A stretch of 43,502 nt of DNA from Octopus bimaculoides (Eukaryota), in NCBI RefSeq assembly GCF_001194135.2, contig NC_068988.1, forward strand, positions 59,279,459 through 59,322,960, given 5' to 3'. The notes under the pieces are model-generated. The model ran no database searches. It worked only from the letters and a program-made list of their open reading frames with translations, and was not told the origin of the DNA. The translations under genes and the position numbers were made by a program. Shown piece by piece: positions 37,541-43,502 of the stretch. Numbering within the stretch: the stretch's first letter is position 1; each line of letters begins with the position of its first letter.

Positions 37541-38903
37541 TAAGTTCCAGGAGATTCCTCATTATATGAGAAGTAATNNNNNNNNNNNNNNNNNNNNNNN
37601 NNNNNNNNNNNNNNNNNNNNNNNNNNNNNNNNNNNNNNNNNNNNNNNNNNNNNNNNNNNNNNNNNNNNNNNNNNNNNNNNNNNNNNNNNNNNNNNNNNNN
37701 NNNNNNNNNNNNNNNNNNNNNNNNNNNNNNNNNNNNNNNNNNNNNNNNNNNNNNNNNNNNNNNNNNNNNNNNNNNNNNNNNNNNNNNNNNNNNNNNNNNN
37801 NNNNNNNNNNNNNNNNNNNNNNNNNNNNNNNNNNNNNNNNNNNNNNNNNNNNNNNNNNNNNNNNNNNNNNNNNNNNNNNNNNNNNNNNNNNNNNNNNNNN
37901 NNNNNNNNNNNNNNNNNNNNNNNNNNNNNNNNNNNNNNNNNNNNNNNNNNNNNNNNNNNNNNNNNNNNNNNNNNNNNNNNNNNNNNNNNNNNNNNNNNNN
38001 NNNNNNNNNNNNNNNNNNNNNNNNNNNNNNNNNNNNNNNNNNNNNNNNNNNNNNNNNNNNNNNNNNNNNNNNNNNNNNNNNNNNNNNNNNNNNNNNNNNN
38101 NNNNNNNNNNNNNNNNNNNNNNNNNNNNNNNNNNNNNNNNNNNNNNNNNNNNNNNNNNNNNNNNNNNNNNNNNNGCAACCAGTAAACTTATATTTAGATT
38201 GGAACGTATGTGAAATGTATATATTGTACGTTGTTTACAATTAACAACATGAGAGTGTGTCTCCCAGTAACTGAAAGCTTACGTGCATGAAAATATGAAA
38301 AAATGATGTGATAAAATATGTTTACGTCATTACTTAAGTAAGGAACCATTGTTACCTCAAAACGAGTTGATTCATTAAAAAAAAAAAACTATGTTAAAAT
38401 CATAAAATCCTAAACATTACATTACTTTGTTGTTCCGTACATTGTGTAATGCAGACAGCCTAATTTCTGACATAATAATGTAATATGAGGTGAAAGTTAC
38501 AGAACTGGCAAATTTCACCGTAACAATGAAATTTCTATTGATTTTCTTATTATACTTAGAAATATAGCAAGTATAACACAATTATTTAATTGTTTGCTTT
38601 TGTTTTTAATTTTTGTTTTTAATTTGTGCGAGAAAATTTACTTACGGAGAAAAAGCTACTATGGAAGACATACTATAATAGCTTCATAATAATATATCAT
38701 AATATTTTATTCTCGGATTAGGCTGAAATTGATGGGTGAGCATTTGGCCCCATCGGATGCGCAAGAAGCCGTGTTAGCGTTGATTTGTGGGTTCGATTCT
38801 GCCTAGGGTTAACTCATCATTTTTCAAACATTTGTTTGTATTTACAAATTCTCGCTTCAAATCGGAGAATATAATATTAAAATGATATGTTATTATACAG
38901 TTT

Positions 38904-38999
<96 letters not shown>

Positions 39000-40214
39000 A
39001 TATATGTATGTATATATACATATATAGTTAATGATAGGTGGTAGATACGAGAATCTTTATTAATCACGACAATTGTTTCGGCACATCAAGTATCGTTCTG
39101 TCAAGGTTGAGATACTAAACACCTGATTAAAGAGCATCCGACAGTCCGGACGTGATAAATAAAAATGCTCGTACCTTCCATCTTCCGCATTTCATCTAAC
39201 ATATACATAACGAACGAACAATGTGNNNNNNNNNNNNNNNNNNNNNNNNNNNNNNNNNNNNNNNNNNNNNNNNNNNNNNNNNNNNNNNNNNNNNNNNNNN
39301 NNNNNNNNNNNNNNNNNNNNNNNNNNNNNNNNNNNNNNNNNNNNNNNNNNNNNNNNNNNNNNNNNNNNNNNNNNNNNNNNNNNNNNNNNNNNNNNNNNNN
39401 NNNNNNNNNNNNNNNNNNNNNNNNNNNNNNNNNNNNNNNNNNNNNNNNNNNNNNNNNNNNNNNNNNNNNNNNNNNNNNNNNNNNNNNNNNNNNNNNNNNN
39501 NNNNNNNNNNNNNNNNNNNNNNNNNNNNNNNNNNNNNNNNNNNNNNNNNNNNNNNNNNNNNNNNNNNNNNNNNNNNNNNNNNNNNNNNNNNNNNNNNNNN
39601 NNNNNNNNNNNNNNNNNNNNNNNNNNNNNNNNNNNNNNNNNNNNNNNNNNNNNNNNNNNNNNNNNNNNNNNNNNNNNNNNNNNNNNNNNNNNNNNNNNNN
39701 NNNNNNNNNNNNNNNNNNNNNNNNNNNNNNNNNNNNNNNNNNNNNNNNNNNNNNNNNNNNNNNNNNNNNNNNNNNNNNNNNNNNNNNNNNNNNNNNNNNN
39801 NNNNNNNNNNNNNNNNNNNNNNNNNNNNNNNNNNNNNNNNNNNNNNNNNNNNNNNNNNNNNNNNNNNNNNNNNNNNNNNNNNNNNNNNNNNNNNNNNNNN
39901 NNNNNNNNNNNNNNNNNNNNNNNNNNNNNNNNNNNNNNNNNNNNNNNNNNNNNNNNNNNNNNNNNNNNNNNNNNNNNNNNNNNNNNNNNNNNNNNNNNNN
40001 NNNNNNNNNNNNNNNNNNNNNNNNNNNNNNNNNNNNNNNNNNNNNNNNNNNNNNNNNNNNNNNNNNNNNNNNNTATAAGTGTGTGTGTGTGTGTATAACT
40101 CATAAACAGAGCCTGAAATTTCGATATAAGTTGACATTCTACACCGTTACTCATAGCGCTCTTCAAATCCTATGTTGGTTTACGCCATTCATTTCTCTCT
40201 CATCACCCATCGCT

Positions 40215-41190
40215 TAACTAAATCATCTTCCCATCGTCCTGGACGGTTTACAATTGGAGTTTTCCGTTCACCTGAGTACCACTTAGCTACTCATGGGTGC
40301 ACCTATTATTTGTGAGCCTTCTCAGATGTCCGGCACTGCAGACACTCGTTCATTTTGCTTCTTTCTAGAATTATATTGTTTCCAATATTGTCTCGTAATG
40401 TTAATCCATGCATGAAGTTTTCCATGACCCTTTGAGTCTTAGCGAATCGATGTCCATCCTTCGTAGTAGCCCCAGTTTCACTTGTGTGCAAGAGCGCTCG
40501 TAGGACGGTGGCATTAAAGAATCTCGCTCGTATGGTATTGTATATATTTGCTTTAGGCACATCCTTGAATGATGTAAACACCTTCTATACTGCTTTCAGA
40601 TCCCGTTTGTTTTCTTTTCATTCTAAGGCCAACTGCTACTCGATGAGCATAATATCATTTGCGAATGGAAGCTTTATTAATTGCTTGCCATTGTTATTTG
40701 TTCTTCCTGTCTAATTAGTGCCCTTATAATTTCGGAGTGATGGTATCTCCTTGATTGTCACCCTTCTTAAATGAAATCTTTACTGCCAGCTATAGCAAAG
40801 CTATATCTGTTGTATACCTGGAGTTTACATCTCTGAGCCGTTTGATGTATAGCGACTCGACACTTTGCATTTCCAGGGATTTGCTCAATGTGTTCGTGTC
40901 GACGCCATCAAAAGTCTATTCGTAATCAACAAAGCAATACACGGAGGAATGTTCAGTTCATACGCTTGTTCAATGAAATAGATTTGAGTGTATATTTAGT
41001 CTATGGACTGGAATCCCTATGGAAATCTGTTCGCTCTCTCGGCTTTTAATCGCCGAGGTGTTTCGATAGACGGGTGATTATATATATAAAATGTTATTTG
41101 CCGAGAGCTATACTTCGACATCATTGATATTCACCTTTAACTACAATACAAGCAGCCACTCGATGATATGGAGTATCGAATTTAATACTA
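40215..41190 (-). mobile_element. Degenerate RTE-1-like LINE RT fragment
   Basis: Minus strand gives VDYE*TFDGVD, KKGDNQGDTITPKL, RARFFNATVLRALLHTSETGATTK...TQRVMENFMHGLTLRD and a decayed WY..ERK.P..RP..RW. Confidence 0.85.
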
Positions 41191-41268
41191 CCTATTGTAC
41201 CCACACTAATTGTCATGTGAGCAAGAAATCGACTTAAGTTGTGACATTTCATCAGTGCGGATACATGT

Positions 41269-41540
41269 TATAGAGCGGACATCACAAAAGCAAATACCAT
41301 ATTTGGAACGCAACATAATCCATATGGTACATGAATCAGCCTTCGGTTATATATANNNNNNNNNNNNNNNNNNNNNNNNNNNNNNNNNNNNNNNNNNNNN
41401 NNNNNNNNNNNNNNNNNNNNNNNNNNNNNNNNNNNNNNNNNNNNNNNNNNNNNTATAGAGCGGACATCACAAAAGCAAATACCATATTTGGAACGCAACA
41501 TAATCCATATGGTACATGAATCAGCCTTCGGTTATATATA
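41269..41540. repeat. 87-bp exact duplication flanking a 98-N gap (about 92-bp minisatellite or assembly overlap)
   Basis: 41269-41355 is identical to 41454-41540. Confidence 0.9.
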
Positions 41541-42213
41541 CATGTTATATATAGATATCAGTACATATTTGTCTGTCGTTGTTTTGCGCAGATTCTTTAT
41601 TGAGCTAAACAGCTATCCTGCCTTATGATCTTTGAGATTTAAGCATCTTCAATATGCATCCTAATTAGAGATAGTCTTTTACCTCCTTGAATTCTTTGCT
41701 CCCATCCTCCGATGATTACATGTAGGTGCATACGTTTTAGTTTTTTAGTTTAAGCTGTGAAGTCTGTAGATTCAATAGGGAAATCAAGACAAGATACATC
41801 CTTCTTATTGCACAAGGTGGTCTACATCTCAGTCTGGAACCGTATTAATGCTGTTCACCATAGTTTGTTCTTTACGCAAGCTGAAACCCACTAGACGTAA
41901 TCTTTCTAATAATCATTGCAGACTTTCGCACTGTATTAGTGGAATCCACAGCTTTTCTGAGATCACTTTGTAAGATAAAATCACAACAAAATGTACCAAG
42001 CTGTTTATGTTGATCGAGGAAACCAAAAGCTTTGCAAACATAACACACACATACACACACACACACACACGCATGCACATGAACACACTTACATACATAT
42101 GCACACACAAACACACATACACACAAACACACGCACGCGCAGGCGCACACACGCATACGCACAAATGAAAGTTTTTCTTTTTCACTTGTGTATATGTGGA
42201 CAAAGAGAAAAGT

Positions 42214-42346
<133 letters not shown>

Positions 42347-43199
42347 GGAGAGATAGACAATGAATGAATGCACTCCGACCATAGTAAGCTGTGTGCTATC
42401 ACAGGATATCAAAATATTTGCACTTGAATAACGCGAAGTATACTGCAAAATTGGGAACGAACTGAAACGAACATAACCTATGAACAGTTCATTTCACATA
42501 ATTAAAAGATAGTTTTTTAATAATAATAATAATAATAATAATAAGGATAATATAAGCTAATATAAGGTTTGTAGTTTTAAGAATAGTGGGAATTACATAC
42601 GGTAATTATCACACCAAAATTACAAGAATGCTAATTATATAATAGAAATGAACCATTTTGAGAAGATTGGATCTGAGCTATTAGACGTAATGGTACTTAA
42701 ATATTAATTACTATACTGGAATGTAGCATTTGGCCCGAAGCACAGAGCTTAAAATTCATTCGTAAAATATCATTTTACGTATAAAACGTGACGGGTCATA
42801 GAATTTACACTATCCAACAAATGGCAGCCAAATATCTTTCAAATCTAACACAGCCATCTCCACGATTTACGAATATATAACGAAAAAAATATATATACGA
42901 CGTTGCTTTATACTTGCCAAAGTATCGAACGGAAATGTTTTATCAGATCTCACCTGAAAAGTCCAGATCAATACCAAATAAAATTCATTTTCTACAGGAA
43001 TTACATTTGTCTCTGGATTGCAAAACAATAATTTATGCGTGTACTTATATCAGACGGGGAAGTTCTTAGTGTATACAATATGAAGAATATCTCGCAAAAG
43101 CACTATTTGCTGATATATAAAAATCCCAGTTCATAATTATGTATGCGTGTCTCTTATGTGTGACTTTCTTGTATGTATCTCAGTGTGCCTGGAAGTGTA

Positions 43200-43244
43200 T
43201 TATATAATAATAATAATGATAATAATAATAATAATAATAGTAAC

Positions 43245-43299
<55 letters not shown>
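43200..43299. repeat. (TAA)n microsatellite, target of the adjacent RLE element
   Basis: Direct reading. Confidence 0.97.
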
Positions 43300-43300
<1 letters not shown>

Positions 43301-43502
43301 CAGCATATGACAACGTTTCTCGAAAAGAAATGGAAAAACTTTCAAAATACAAAGACCTGGAAATAGAGATAACTCGAATGTGGAGTCTAAAAACAGAAAC
43401 AATTCCTATCATAGTAGGTGCCTTAGGTATAATAAAAAAAATATTCAGACAAATACATAACAAAAACACCAGGACTTACAAATATATATAACATACAGAA
43501 AA
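43297..43502 (+). mobile_element. Second 5'-truncated R4/Dong-like fragment in (TAA)n, running off the window
   Basis: IPAYDNVSRKEMEKLSKYKDLEIEITRMWSLKTETIPIIVGALGIIKK contains the RLE-type KE.EK..KY.DL motif. It is nearly identical to 19429-19580. Confidence 0.85.

Noticed and set aside
36970-37562. Ser/Asn/Thr/Pro-rich ORFs as host exons
   Set aside because: Several frames on both strands are open because of triplet periodicity. There are no domain features or convincing splice boundaries.
39061-39115. Minus-strand GAAA-CAATTG-TC with upstream CTTGACAGA, resembling a variant hammerhead
   Set aside because: The core is non-canonical and neither stem I nor stem II pairs convincingly. It may be a very old relic but cannot be supported.
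41269-41540. CRISPR-like repeat-spacer pattern
   Set aside because: The context is eukaryotic, the two 87-bp copies are separated by Ns, and there are no spacers or cas genes.
41850-42020. Possible RT fragment (DLRKAVDS) on the minus strand
   Set aside because: It is a single short motif with no supporting neighbouring RT motifs.

Overview
This is AT-rich, microsatellite-dense eukaryotic DNA with many N gaps. The repeat families look like those of a cephalopod (Octopus-like); that taxon call is pattern recognition, not a database result. The only host coding sequence I can support is the first coding exon of a rhodopsin-type neuropeptide GPCR of the orexin/allatotropin receptor family (minus strand, 35979..35611, 123 codons, N-terminus to the start of TM3). 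It has a clean splice acceptor 13 nt before the ATG and a GTGAGT donor after Gln. I found no downstream exon by eye, so most of 1-35610 is probably one very long intron, unless an exon is hidden in a gap. The rest is decayed mobile DNA: Tc1, maT-like and rosa-like mariner relics and MITEs, RTE LINE fragments, R4/Dong-like pieces inserted in (TAA)n, a Penelope-like GIY-YIG relic and tRNA-derived SINEs. The most notable observations are three minimal hammerhead-ribozyme motifs with palindromic stem-III loops. One (25209-25243, minus) is structurally complete but has an A3-U8 swap of the core C3-G8 pair. One sits at the 3' end of an RTE-like LINE relic (3035-3077). One has a long stem-II insertion inside the Penelope relic (13939-14040). 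There is also a perfect 92-bp inverted repeat (10884-11179). No prokaryotic features, CRISPR, rRNA or true tRNA genes were seen. All alignments were done by eye.
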